60,000 nt of DNA from Lytechinus pictus. Taxonomy: Eukaryota. Positions within the stretch are counted from its first letter, which is position 1. Every line of letters starts with the position of its first letter. Both the position numbers and the translations under genes were made by a program. Of the stretch, positions 37,653 to 50,835 are shown one piece after another. Where the stretch lies: assembly GCF_037042905.1 (NCBI RefSeq), contig NC_087251.1, forward strand, positions 9,426,001 to 9,486,000, in the 5' to 3' direction. Below the pieces are notes generated by a model. It was not told where the DNA came from, made no database searches, and worked only from the letters and a program-made list of their open reading frames with translations.

Positions 37653-40600
37653 TATTACTGTGGACAAAGACAAACATAAAGTAAGTTTTTAATATGAATT
37701 CATCAGTCCATACAGGTACATGTAGTTATCAACAGCAAGCCAATCATTTCTGCTTCAATGACATGTACTTGATATCATTTATATAATAGGGGCTCCATTT
37801 TGCATCTGTTGAAAGGGGAGATATTGTTTGGGGCTTTAAGATGACATGGAATTGTAATTGTAATCATGTTTGGATAAAATCAGATGATACCTGGCATCTT
37901 TTAATCCCACTTACAATTTATTTTACACACGCCACATGATCAAAACGGTCTCGAGTAGTTGCATAAACAATTGTGTAAGCCTCCTAGTAAAACATGTAGT
38001 CGTTCTAGACTTTGGTAATGACGCACAAGGTAATCAGTCTATTGGATAAGTAGAGAAATGGATTAATAGGGGTAAGGGAGAGAGAGGGGAAAACTGTCCA
38101 TTAATCTAATTGGCACCAATCAAGAATGGCTGTCAATTAGGGAAAGTGCTCTCTGTGTTTAGCATGAAGAGAGTCAACATAGAATGCAGGATGTCAAAAA
38201 TTGAAACACCAGTGCGTTGCAAATGTAATCCTGTGTTGTTTTAGCCTTATTTATCTGTGGTCACCTAATTTCAAATACAATTTATAGTACATGTATGACC
38301 ATCAGGGGGCATTTTATGGAACAAAATAATAGTGACTTTCACTTAATCTTGTTATATGCTACTGACATCCATGCATCTGATTGGCTCAGAGTAAACTTAT
38401 AAGTGAAAATTACTGATGCTACATGAAATGCTCTCCAGAAATAAATGTAAAGGGAATCCAATAAAAATGACCACAGAAGTGTTTGTTATATGAATAAAAT
38501 CCATTTGAATGGTTGATAACTACAGTGCTCTTTTCCAAGCATTATTTATATATTACCATGTGTGGTTACTAATGTACTGGCGATTTCAGCATGTATACTT
38601 GCAATTTTGCAATATACGGCTTGAACTAAGTTATATGATGATATGATCCAGTTCAGAGTGTACTTGATTTTGTATTTAAGTTTAAACTTACACACATTTT
38701 TAGGCTTTCTTCTTGTGCTGTAGGCCTACTTCCCCTACATACATGTATACAGCAAATACCATAAGTAAATCTTATTTTATCTTATTTAAAATTGGCTTCG
38801 TTGATATTTATATTTTATTTTTCATGGTTTACATGTATATTCCACTAAAATTCTTTAAATGTATATGTCTTCATGAAGTGTAAACCCTAGACTATCAAAA
38901 ATATAAATTAACTCCAGACTTAAACAGCAAGCATCGTGGATAAATAAAACATGAGCTGTTATCTGACATGAAACCTGTCAGAAAGGATTTCTTATTTATA
39001 AATGAAATGAGAGAGTGCTATGAAACAGCCTTTCTCATTGGATATTGCTTGAAAAATAGGTGTGGCCTTCAGAGATAAAAATGAAGTTAAATTGGGGCCC
39101 AGAATACTGATTCAAAGAGGTTTTAAGTGTAATTTATCCAACTGATTTTATCTCGGATGAAATATTTTATCTGAGATAAAATGGATATCAGAATACTGTA
39201 CTACCCCAGTGCTTCTTGACCAGTCAAATTAATCTACAGATTTCACTAAAATTGTCAGTGCTTATAAATTTCATGTAAATGTTTGCACTTTTCTGTTATG
39301 TTATATATGTGTTATTTTGAAGTCAAATTATTGTATCAAGAGTTGCATAATTGTAATACCTGTCCCCCTAAAAGCATTGATACGCATATCACATGAATAT
39401 TTATAGGCCTATTTGTACATATTCACAATCTGCTTACTCAGAGTTTCTTGATTACACTTTTGAAAAACAAATACATGTACATGTATGCAAAATGGTGCAA
39501 ATTAAAGAAAAAAAAAGTATGCATGTCTGATGAAGCATGAGCAATCACATTGCAAGATGAAAATGTTTTGGTTTTACTTTAATACATGTATACAGAGTAT
39601 AAATTTCACTAAGAATTTGATAAGCAATTGTATGAAATACTATGTTGACAGATAAGATCACCTACATGTAGGTGAGAAGGCCTACTTTAAATGGAAATAC
39701 ATGAGAGTGTGTATTGTGTTAAAAGGCCAGTTTAGATTAATAAAAGGCTATACTGTTAATGTGGTTATTGGATTGTGTGAGCTCATCATTAACTTGCCAA
39801 TCTGTTGCTATGCTACACTGATTACTTTTGATTGAAAACATGCAAACATCCCCCCACAAAGTGCTTCCTTTCCTACTCTGTCCATTTTCATTTTAACCAA
39901 CCACCCAAAGCACTCTTCCTGGTTGCTATATCAACCAGTGTAAACAATCAGTGGTTTGATACACCTGCTCAAGTAAGAAGCTTCCTATAAATTGAGAGAA
40001 GGTGATTGTGAAAGACTTCCGGTGTCTTGACTGTCTCCAAGCGCTTTAATGCCTATGCCTGGAAATATTTCTGTATTCTGAAAGGTCATGGATTTGACCT
40101 TTAAACAGAATGAGTGAGGGAATTTGCCACTTTTATCATTTTAATGTAGATGTAAAAAAAAAGATAATTGAGATTTTGTTGGTCATTTTTATGTTAAATT
40201 ACTCTCCTTACTACATCCATTAATATTCAATAAGTGGAAAGAATGGATGAAATATCAGTCACAATAAGTGGATTTTATCGACAACATTGTCCATATTCAT
40301 GTATTCTGGGAGATATTGTGCACTTTATTTTTTATACACTGTATGTGTGAGCATCTACATGTATCTATGGTAGTTACATAACTATAACATTTATAAATTA
40401 TTCCTGATTTAAATCAACTTATACAAGTTGTTTAGATATTGTACAGTAGCTACATGTATTTGTTGTATGTTGCATGTATCTTAGACATTCTTTACAATGG
40501 GAAGCTCTTTCTTTCAATCACCTGAAATATATGCTTTAATAATTTTGTAAATTGAAACCTTTGCTCATTTTACCATCTATTGTCTCTTGTCAGTCCAAGT

Positions 40601-43341
40601 TAGAGTGTACTATTAGTAACCAAAGCTGTATTTTCTATTGTTCACTAGCAATAAGAACATATAACATTTCTTTAAAGCATTACTTGCAAAGTGAGGGCAG
40701 AATATCTACTAAGACACATGAATGCATTGTAGATTGTGAATTAAAGGTTATTGTGAATTGCAAAGAGTAGAAGGAAAGAAAAATCCAGGGGTAATCAATG
40801 CTGGCAATAGAGCTTTGGTTACAAAATGAATAAGTTATAAATTTCTGATAGACTGAATTTAAAGGTGATTCTTCTCACTGGAACAACTCTTCATCTCTAT
40901 GGAAATACAATTTATAGATTTTGGGGGTATTCTTTTACAAGATGCAGCTTGTGTCATTGCGAACTAAAAAAAAAATAAGCAAACTAAAAAAAAATAACAT
41001 GAAATATATGTTCCTGTGATACATTTGAAAAATGATATTAAGTTTTCTTCCTTATGAAGAATTAAGGACTACATGTACTAGACATTAAGTGTGTGAAGAA
41101 TCAAGAATGTACACGTTCAACCAAATCCTGCTATCTTATTTTTTATCAATTTGATGATTGCTGTATAATTTGAGAATGACAGACATTTTGGTAAAGCTCA
41201 AGATCATTCATGTAATTTTCAAAGCTGAGTTCAAGGTCAACAAAAATGAAAAATACTAATATGTGAAATATTAGGTGTAAATGGGATATATGTGGGTGAA
41301 ATTTTGCTGTAAAAATATACCTTGTTGGTTCTGTTATGTATAAAAACAGTTTCTAAATCATGGACTGTGATAGCATTTTCAGGACACAATCTTACATAGT
41401 TTTATTATCATGTAATGAGAACGGTGCCCGCTTTGATAAAACATTAATGAATAGTCTCTAAAGCTAATGAATGGGAAACTTTAAATTTTCACAAAAAGTC
41501 AATGAAAATGCTCACTATAATTTAGATTGGAATGTGATAACTAATACTTGAATATCATAATCATTGTACCATTCCCAAAGCTGTATACAGGCTTTATAAA
41601 CTTCAGAGTATGTCTCTTTTTTGTATGATATTAATGGAACATTTTTTTTCAAATTTGTGATATCCCTATTCCCTACTAATATTTATTTACACCTTCCCAA
41701 GGGTCTTCATTTTCTTTTAAAGTACTTGTATTTCAATATATCACTTGCATGTCAGTTTCAGAATGTACAAGAGATGTTGAACATGTTTAAGGATATCAGA
41801 ATTTAATGCAAGTATGCTTATATGTACATATTATAATCACTATTTTTATCTTGATTAGTAGTTCATTCACACATGACAGAGTGCTTTAGTTTTCCAGTGT
41901 GCGTCATTCATTGTTAGGCAAGTAGGATGTGTGAATATGTATTCTTAGTTTGTCAGAATAATACAAGCCTATTCTATTCAGGACAGGTGTATCAAAATCA
42001 TTTTATTTCCATGTTTTGAAAAATGTAAATGCAGTGCCATGTTTAAAAAAATGATATATAGCATATTTGTATATTTTCCAAGAATTTTTTATATTATTGA
42101 CTCATATGAAACATCAAACAATGCTATCAGTACTTGGAAAAGGAACAGATTTTAAAATTATATGGGCTTTTTACTATAATCAACAATATGTTTTGATCAA
42201 ATTCAATAGTTTTGAAGGGTGGGGCATATGGATTCAGTGAACAATGCCAAATTAGTAACAAAGTTTGTAAGTTTTATTTTCAATTTATTTACTGTGGTTA
42301 TAGATCTAAAGCACTGTAGTTAGGAGTGCTGCATAATATTGTTTCTGAAATATATTTCAGCATGTTATATTTTTATACTGTCTTGCCAGTAGAGTGATGT
42401 GATGTGAGTATAAAACTATTACATGGAATATACAGCATTTATATTTATCCAGCCATAATAGCTGTGTCAGTTTCTTTCTTTATGGAATATTACATATTTC
42501 ATTGTGTTATTTACATGAATTGTTAGACTAAAAACAACAAAAAGTATACTTCCTGGGAAATGGGATGTTTCATTAAGGCTAACCTGTGCACAGTTATGAT
42601 TGACTTCATCAATGAACAACTAAACACCGTCTTACAGGTGTTGCGATATATTCAAATCTAACTCACATTCCGATTGATCAAAAATTGTATGGTTAAAAAG
42701 TCTTTACTCAACAATTTATAGATAAATCGCAATGTGAGATAGATATGAATACGGGGCGATCCATTATTTTCCAAATGGGGGAGGGCACTTTTGTTAAGAA
42801 AAAAAAATGGACAAGCAAGAAAAAAAAAAGATCTTCACTTGCGTTTCCACGTATTTACACGTAAAAGTATTTGTTCATGGCTCTTAAAATGGGGCACTGG
42901 TCAGATGTGCCCCACCTGGACTCGCCACTGTATTTGTAACTTCTGGCAAGAAGAAAGTGGCCCTGGAACACCGAACAGCAGAATGGTCTTTCAATTTTTG
43001 CACTACAATGTAGCTTTGCAATATGCAGAGGGGGATTGATACTCTTTCTGTGGTATTGATAATATATATAAAAAAAACTTGATGCGAAGTTTCACTCTCG
43101 TGTACGGTTGTTACACTGGACAACGCCTTGCTTCACAAGACCATGTAGAGGGGAAAGTTTTTTAAATGCTAAATTCTTGGGGGGTTGCCAGAAATATGAT
43201 GATTATAATCTCTTTAGAAAATGCTTCTTATTGCATCCATTGTTTACCAAATCAACTTTTAATGAAACATACTTGAAATATAACCAGGGGCGGCATAATA
43301 AGGTTGGGACGTCATTATTATTATCATCATTATATTACTAT

Positions 43342-43482
43342 TAATCGCTAGAGGGTATTCATTTGTCTCGCAATCTACTATGGTCAACAAGGAAATTCGT
43401 GATCACTCTCGCAAAAAGTGTTCACTAGCTTTCTTGTTGACCATAGTAGATTGCGAGACAAATGAATACCCTCTAGCGATTA
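43342..43482. mobile_element. Young hairpin MITE
   Basis: Perfect 50-bp inverted arms (43342-43391 / 43433-43482). Confidence 0.8.
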
Positions 43483-44709
43483 TTTCAGTCCGCAATAATG
43501 AACCTATTTAGTATTAATACTATTATCATTATTATTATTATCATTATTATTAAGGTGCAAGAGATGATCTGTTTTGCCAAGTAGATTAAGATAAGAAAGA
43601 GAGAGAGAGAGATCACGGTCGTGTGTGAGCAACTCTCTCACTGGGTCGTCTTTCCACACCCTTATCAGAATACTTTGTTTCTGCTCCTGTATACATCCAT
43701 ACAAAATTGATAAAAATGCAACAGAGGATGAGACGAAAATGAATTCCGTGTTTATTTTGACATGTAGTAAGTATTCTTTATCATAATGTAAGCATGACAA
43801 ATGAAAGGAGAGAGCGTATCTAAAAGGATATGGCGGGAGGAAAGGGATAGTCGAAACATATAATACTAGATAGCGAAAGGGAATCTTGAAAAGACAACGG
43901 AAAAGTAACATTTGCTGAATTAAAACAACCTAATTGAAAATGACTTTTTTTTTTCATAAAGAAATTTTGGGCAATTCCGATTTTTTATTGTGTTTGAAGT
44001 CTTGAAAATGACAGTGCCAAAATCATTCCAAAAAAATGATAACGTATAAATTGGGAAAATCTCAGAACATTGCTCAATAATATTGCTTAGAATATCATTA
44101 TGGAACAAAATTATGGCCCTGAAAAAATATTTCATTTTAGAAATACGAGTTAATTTTTTGATGAATCGTTTATCATACATGTAAATCAGGGAACTAATTT
44201 TCAATTTCATTTCACTTGATGTTTTCCTTCCTATTTTCATCTTCTTGGGTCCTCTACCTCCTCCAATACCTCCTCTTTCATCTTCTTCATTTTCTTATTT
44301 TTCTTCTTCTTCCTCTTCTTCATTATTTTTTCTTCGTGTTCATCATCATTCTTTTTTTTTTCTTTTTTTTTTTCTTTTTCTGTATCTTCATTTCATCATT
44401 TTCTCCCTCAGGTTATTATTCAATTTCTTCTCCTTCTTTTCTCCTTCTTCTTCTTCTTCTTCTTCTTCTTCCCCTCCTCCCCCCCCCCCCCCCCCCTCCG
44501 GCGCTCCTCCTCTTCCTCGGCCTTGATCGCGTAAGGCGTCACTTCTTGCGCGAATTTTTATTTTTGAGCTCCCGGAGCGCGTATTAACCTGCATGCACGC
44601 GCACCTTATTGAGGCATTTTAATTCCTTGAAAATAGAGCAAACAAAACAAATCTAGAGTTAAGATTTGAAGAATTTTTAAGAGAAACACGCTGCTACAAG
44701 TCTTTGAAT

Positions 44710-44760
44710 ATGAATCCAGTTTCAGCGGGCTGCGGAGATAACTTGGAAGATGGGAAAATT
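44710..44760 (+). CDS. Uncharacterised protein, putative coding exon 1
   Basis: MNPVSAGCGDNLEDGKI followed by a gtaagt donor, phase 0; CpG-rich sequence just upstream. Confidence 0.55.
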
Positions 44761-45055
44761 GTAAGTTGATCTAAGTTTGATGTAACGTGAGAGTTCAATG
44801 GAGTAAGGGTAATGCAGATAGTGATAATGAGGATATTGTGTGGTGTATTGGTGGTGGGTGTAGGAGGAATCTTGTGTAGCCTAGGCCGATAATGGTGATG
44901 ATGATTATAATGGTATGCTGACTGTTGAAGCTACAGCTGCTAATAAAAGTGATTAGGCCTAAGGCCTAGAGAGTGATACTATAGTGATGGTGATGTTGCC
45001 GTATAAAAACAACATCTTTTACTCTAAATTATTTTCTTACAATTTGCAATTCTGG

Positions 45056-45477
45056 TATACCCAGTTGTTGTGTGTCCGGACAGGTTGTGTGTCCGGACGA
45101 TCAATTTTAGAAAGTCATTTAGAAAAATTTACAAGCGAAGTTTCATAATTTTTAGTACAAAATGTTAGGAAATATTATAAAGAACAAAATAGAAGATGAT
45201 TACAAGTATTGAATTCATATATTTAGTGTAATCCAAAGACAAAAAAGAATAGGATGGGGGAGGGGTCGGGTGTCAGGACACTTTATATTTTTGAAGCCTT
45301 CTTTTTTGTCTTTGGATTACACTAAAAATATGAATGCAATAGTTGTAATCATCTTCTATTTTGTTCTCATTTTGTACTAAAAACTGATGAAACATAGCTT
45401 GTAAATTATTCCAAATGACTTCCTAAAATTGATCGTCCGGACAAACAACCTGTCCGGACACACAACAACTGGGTATA
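45056..45477. mobile_element. Foldback MITE
   Basis: ~190-bp imperfect inverted arms starting TATACCCAGTTGTTGTGTGTCCGGAC, short spacer. Confidence 0.8.
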
Positions 45478-45973
45478 TACGGTACAAGACAGACAAATTG
45501 AAAACGGAAAAGAAAATGAGAGGATTTTTTTTAAAGGTTATGATCATGAGTGGACCGAAAAACAAAATAAGGAGAATTTAAAAAAAAATAAGGGGGGAAA
45601 GGCAAATTAAAAATTAAAAGACACGGAAAAGAAGAAAAAGGATGAGGGGGAGAAGAAGGAATACATTGTAGAAGAAGAAAAAATGAGGAAGAGGAGAAAA
45701 GAAAGAAATTCAGAAGACTTGAACAGAACAGAAAAGAGATGGAAATTAGTTCGGTGCAAGAATAAAGACAAATAGTGATGGCATCGGTCATGGTGACCAA
45801 GATCATGGTGGTACAAAGTGGTGATGGTGGTGGACATCACAGTGGTATACAAACATTGTCCATTTTATTGATTTGAAATTGAAGAAATATGAGATGCACC
45901 CGATTAGTCTACTCCCTATCCAAGACCAAAAAACACCATCTCTCAATTATCTACTGTAATATATATTTTTAAG

Positions 45974-46552
45974 GGTAATGCGGATGGACCAACGCCAAAC
46001 ACGACAGGAGGTTGGTTTTGGATCTCTGATCAAGCTACCAACAAGAAAAAGATGAAAACGAGTCAGAGTACCTCTTCCCTTCAGCTCTTCACAATCAAAT
46101 CCAACAAACCCATCAACAACAGTAAACCAGACAAAGGTGCCACAGCCTCTCCTCAGAACACGGAGTATCACCAAGAAGAAACGGTGAATGATGACGACGA
46201 CAAACGGAACGTCGTCCTCCGAAGATCAGTGAGTCTGCTCGACATCACGACTTTGGACAAGGATAGAATGCGAGATGAATCGGAGATGACGAAGGTCGTC
46301 ACATCAGCTATAGGAGAAGAGAAAGGGGCTTCAGGGATTGAGATAAAAGGCTTCGGAGATGTTGGGGTTCAAAGTGGTCCTGGAGCTAGCAGTGTTTCTT
46401 CCAGCTGTTCCGATGGTGGAGATGATCATCCGAATCAAGATGGTGATCTCCAGAAAAGTACAGAGATGGAAGCGGAGATTATGGACACACAAAATGGAAA
46501 GAAGGAAGGCGGATACATGAATACAGATGACTTTAACAAGCTCCAGCAACTA
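45974..46552 (+). CDS. Uncharacterised protein, exon 2 (acidic, Ser-rich)
   Basis: tttaag acceptor, 193 open codons in frame with ORF 46052-46606, donor CTA|gtacgt. Confidence 0.7.
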
Positions 46553-47214
46553 GTACGTATAAATTGTAAATGTTCCATTATCGGGATTAAAGGTCTAGTC
46601 CATTAAGTTGAGTTTAATATAAATAGAACATTTAAAAAAACTTTCATCAAAGTCGGATTTATCTATAATGAAGCTATGATATTTTAAGATTTCGATCTTA
46701 TTCACACAAACAATAATAGGCGCATGAATGCTGTATGGAGCATTATGAGGTCATACACCCTATATTTATATTTTGTATTCAGTTTGTTGCTTCGTGTAAA
46801 GCTGAATTAAGTATTTTAATCTAAATTGATCACTAAAGATAATCGAACCAATAAAATTTGATTTAATATTTGATGTAAAATTGAGTTTGTAACTCATCGG
46901 CTCCCTTATTGACACATTTATTTGTCACCCCATGGCCCTGGAAAGCGGGGGTGCTGTTGTGCTGAAGCACCCCCAAGATTTTCCCAGGGGTGCCGCGTGT
47001 ATTATTTTCCATTTAGGCAGCACCTCCTGGAATTCTGGTAGGTGTGACAAATTGGGAGAGTTAATGGAAAAGGCCTAATATTTGGTGTTAAAACTTTTTT
47101 TTTTGCATGTCAAATTTCTTGAGACCAAAACGGCAGTCAATTTGAAGTGAAAACCTTTTTTTCTCTTCTTTTTTTTTCTTTTATGCTTGTAAAATTTACT
47201 TCAGCACCCCCACG

Positions 47215-47623
47215 ACCGCACACCTTACGATTGGTCTGCGACCCGATTTCAGAATAAAATGTAGTAGAATTTGATGCTAACATTGAGACTTGGAATATCT
47301 AACTGTGTAATGTTCTAAATCATCGTACGAATACCTATGTACAAATCTGTGACTATGCTATCATCCTTCTTAGAATAAAAGCGAATTTAATATCTAGTCG
47401 TAATGACGTCATAGCAGTCGTATGATTGGCTACGATTTGAAACTAATTTGGCCTTTACTTCGAAATAAAGGCTTGCAATATTTCAAAATGGTTATATTAG
47501 TATTCTTCCAATTAATTTAAACCTCAAGTAAAATAATATGTTCCATTCACATTTTCAGGAAATTAGCAAAATGCGATTTGTTCCATAATCGGATCGTGAA
47601 CAGTCGTAAGGTGTGCGGTGGCC
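47215..47623. mobile_element. Harbinger-like MITE
   Basis: ACCGCACACCTTACGA / TCGTAAGGTGTGCGGT(GGCC) inverted ends; left tip eroded. Confidence 0.65.
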
Positions 47624-48899
47624 TTAATTCATCTGATAGTAGTTGCCCAAGTTAAGTATGATTTTGCCCTCAGCGCCGGCATAATTATGTTGGGCAGAAA
47701 GCTACCAAGTTTTTTTTTTATTAAATGAAATAACGCAATCGCATTTTGATTCCTAACTATGCACCTGAAATAAAAGAATATTGCATGTATCTATTATACA
47801 TAGGAACAGAAACTCAATAAATCTCAAGCGACTGAAAGGATGCTTCACAAAGCAAATATCGGGTATCAGGTACGATAAAATCAACATTTTTTTGTTTTTT
47901 TTCCTCAACTTTTTAGGTCAATGTATCCTGCATGAGTTTTGATGTAAAGGCATCACAAAAGCCTACATTTCCCCCTTGTTTTCGTTGATAAAGGTTGTGT
48001 TATGTGGTTCAAAAATAATGCTCTCAATGAGATTTAAATTGGGAAGTCAGACAGAGGCGTCGATCCTGGGGGGGGGGGCGATCGCCCCACCAATGAAAAT
48101 ATTGGGGGGCAAACATGTTGTTTTGCCCCCCCCCCCCAATAATTCCGCATGTGCAAAAATAAAATAAAATTGTAATGTTACACAGAAATCAGCAAGCGAG
48201 ATTGAAATACACAACTCGTTCTTTATTTAAAATCGTGCTCAAAATGTCCGCTTTTCAGATTAGAATATAAAAATTTTCAGCTCACATCATTTCTGTAGCA
48301 AAAACCCATACTTTTCATGATTAAATAGGTGAATAGAATGTCCCATTTTCAGTTCTAAACCTCAAAAGAAATCCCGCTTCGATTTGCAATAATCTTTCGT
48401 TGGATTGGATATATATCTTGTATTATTAAAAACGTCCATTAAACTGTCAATTTTTTTCATATCGAAATATCAAAATTTTCAGCTCGCGCTTCGCGCTTGC
48501 ATCTATTGTTGTTTTAGATACCCATCTTAATCATTGGTGCCAAAAATGCTTAGAATATGAAGCTTTCAGGTCAGAATATAAAGAAATTTATTCGGCACTC
48601 ACATTATCTATGTAGTGAGATATGTATCTCCTCATGAGTTACTACAAACAGTCCTATAAACAGGTACCTTTTTCCGGTTTTCAGGTCAGTATACTAAAAA
48701 ATTTCAGCTCGCGCTTCGCGCTCGCATTAATTTGTTGATTAATTTGTTGGTGAGATATATGTCTCTTTCTCATGAGTCATATTATGTATATAAATCAAAG
48801 ATTTTTGCGTCGGCGCCATAATGTAGCAACAAAAGAAGATTTAATGACATTGAAGCGGCAGGTTGACATTTTTTAATTTTTTAATTTCTGTTCTTACAG

Positions 48900-48967
48900 C
48901 ATGATATAAACAACTTGACAAAAACGCTGGAGGATGAATGTGAAACAAGACGAACTTTACATGAAGA
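48900..48967 (+). CDS. Uncharacterised protein, exon 3 (coiled-coil-like)
   Basis: Polypyrimidine tract + ttacag|HDINNLTKTLEDECETRRTLHE|gtaagc; phase 0 in, phase 2 out. Confidence 0.7.
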
Positions 48968-49017
48968 GTAAGCATTTTATTTTTATCTAGTAGCAAAGTG
49001 GTACGAGTACTCGCAGT

Positions 49018-49113
49018 CATAGCAGCAGTAGAAGTATAGTAGAAGTAGTAGAAGTAGTAGCAGCAGCAGTCATAGTAGTGGTAGTAGTGGTAGTAGTGGT
49101 AGTAGCAGTAGTA

Positions 49114-49146
<33 letters not shown>

Positions 49147-49354
49147 TAGTAGGAGTAGTAGTAGTAGTAGTAGTAGTATAGGCCTAGTAGTAGTAGTAGT
49201 AGTAGTAGTAGTATATAGTAGTAGTAGTAGAAGTAGCAGTAGTAGCAGTAGTAGTTACTACTAGTAGTAGTAGTAGTACAGAAGTAGTGGTAGTAGATAG
49301 TAGAAGTAATGATGATTACGATGTTAAATATAATTGATACTGCTACTGCTACTG

Positions 49355-49399
<45 letters not shown>

Positions 49400-49470
49400 T
49401 ACTACTACTAATGATAATGATAATAATAATAGTAATAATGTTAATAATAATAATAATAACAATAATACTT
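49018..49470. repeat. Compound microsatellite (GTA)n / (CTA)n / (ATA)n
   Basis: Directly visible trinucleotide runs. Confidence 0.95.
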
Positions 49471-50420
49471 CCTCTTAACGTCACTAGCAAACCTGTCCTA
49501 TTATTGACAAAATGCAAATTTCGATCTCCCGGGTTATTTATGATAATTAGTACAATAATAACAATACTAATACTATAATGACATTAAAGATACGTTTCTT
49601 ATTATTAGATAATCAGTCAACGCTTAGCGACCATTGTATAGTTTGAAAACCACATATTTTGATTACCATAGAATTGTACTCCCTATTAAAACATGATTCC
49701 TTGGTCCATTAAGACCGCATTGCTGCATTTTTCGTCTTTAATTCGAAAAATAATGTAAACGAAAGAATAAATCTCATATATCCAATGTTGGGACGGAGAA
49801 AAGTTGTTGCCAATTACTTATGTATCTGGGGGGGGGGTCTATTATTTATGTTTTATTATTTTTCGTTTGTCATTTTTAATCTATTTGGTTTTACCATTTT
49901 TTATCCTTTATTTTTAAGCCTGTGTTGGCCTAAGTACATGATATATCTTTATTCTATCATTTTAAGGGGCTTTCACAATCGCTCTTGCGATCGTTTGCGA
50001 TCATTTGGTCAAAATATATGTTGCACAAGCACAATCGCAACAGTTGTAAGCAGTCGCACCAACAGTCGTGAAAGGGGCTTTGCATATTTTTATTTACTGA
50101 TATAGTTGATGCTACACTTTTTTGGTGTTGTCCTTTGTAAATGTTACTTTACATGAATGTTTGTGGCCCCCTTTAAAAATCAGTTTCTCTGAAGGGCTAT
50201 CCATCATAATGAATGGATAAATAGAATAAATAAAAATGAGAAAACAGCGATTTGATGGAACATTACACAATCGCTTCAAAATAGGTTTAAGAATATTATA
50301 AGGCTAACGTATTTGAGATGAATGGAGTCAGTTAATGACAAGTATTTGTTCAATCAAGGCGCCATCCATTATTATCATTTTTTATTATTACACAAGTAAA
50401 TTTCAATTTTAACTTTTTAG

Positions 50421-50643
50421 ATTAGAAGCATCAAGGAAACTTTGCTGTGAGCTATACGAGAATCTCCTTCAAGAGAGAACACATTGTCGAAGCACCAATT
50501 TTTCAGAGGTCGAGCGCCATCTCTCGACAGAAGCACTGAAATTTTCTCTGTCGGATGCTGCGGTACAAACGGAGGTTGAACATGTTGACTTTTCCATCCA
50601 AACTGATGAAAATCAACTACTTGGCTTTGAGAGCAGAGAAAAT
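50421..50643 (+). CDS. Uncharacterised protein, exon 4
   Basis: tttttag|(E)LEASRKLCCELYENLLQER...DAAVQTEVEHVDFSIQTDENQLLGFESREN|gtaagt; open in the phase required by exon 3. Confidence 0.72.
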
Positions 50644-50835
50644 GTAAGTATAATGAAGGATGCAGTGCATGTAAGATATATATATGTCGAGTTATGAAAG
50701 AGGGAGGGAGAGAGTGCTGTTCCTCCAGATAAAAGTTTATTTCAAGTCATGATTTTAATTTTTCATGCCCAACCCGTAGGGTTTGGTGTAGGGTAACCCA
50801 GGGAGCGCCGGCCCGCGAAGCGGGCCGGCGCCCAG

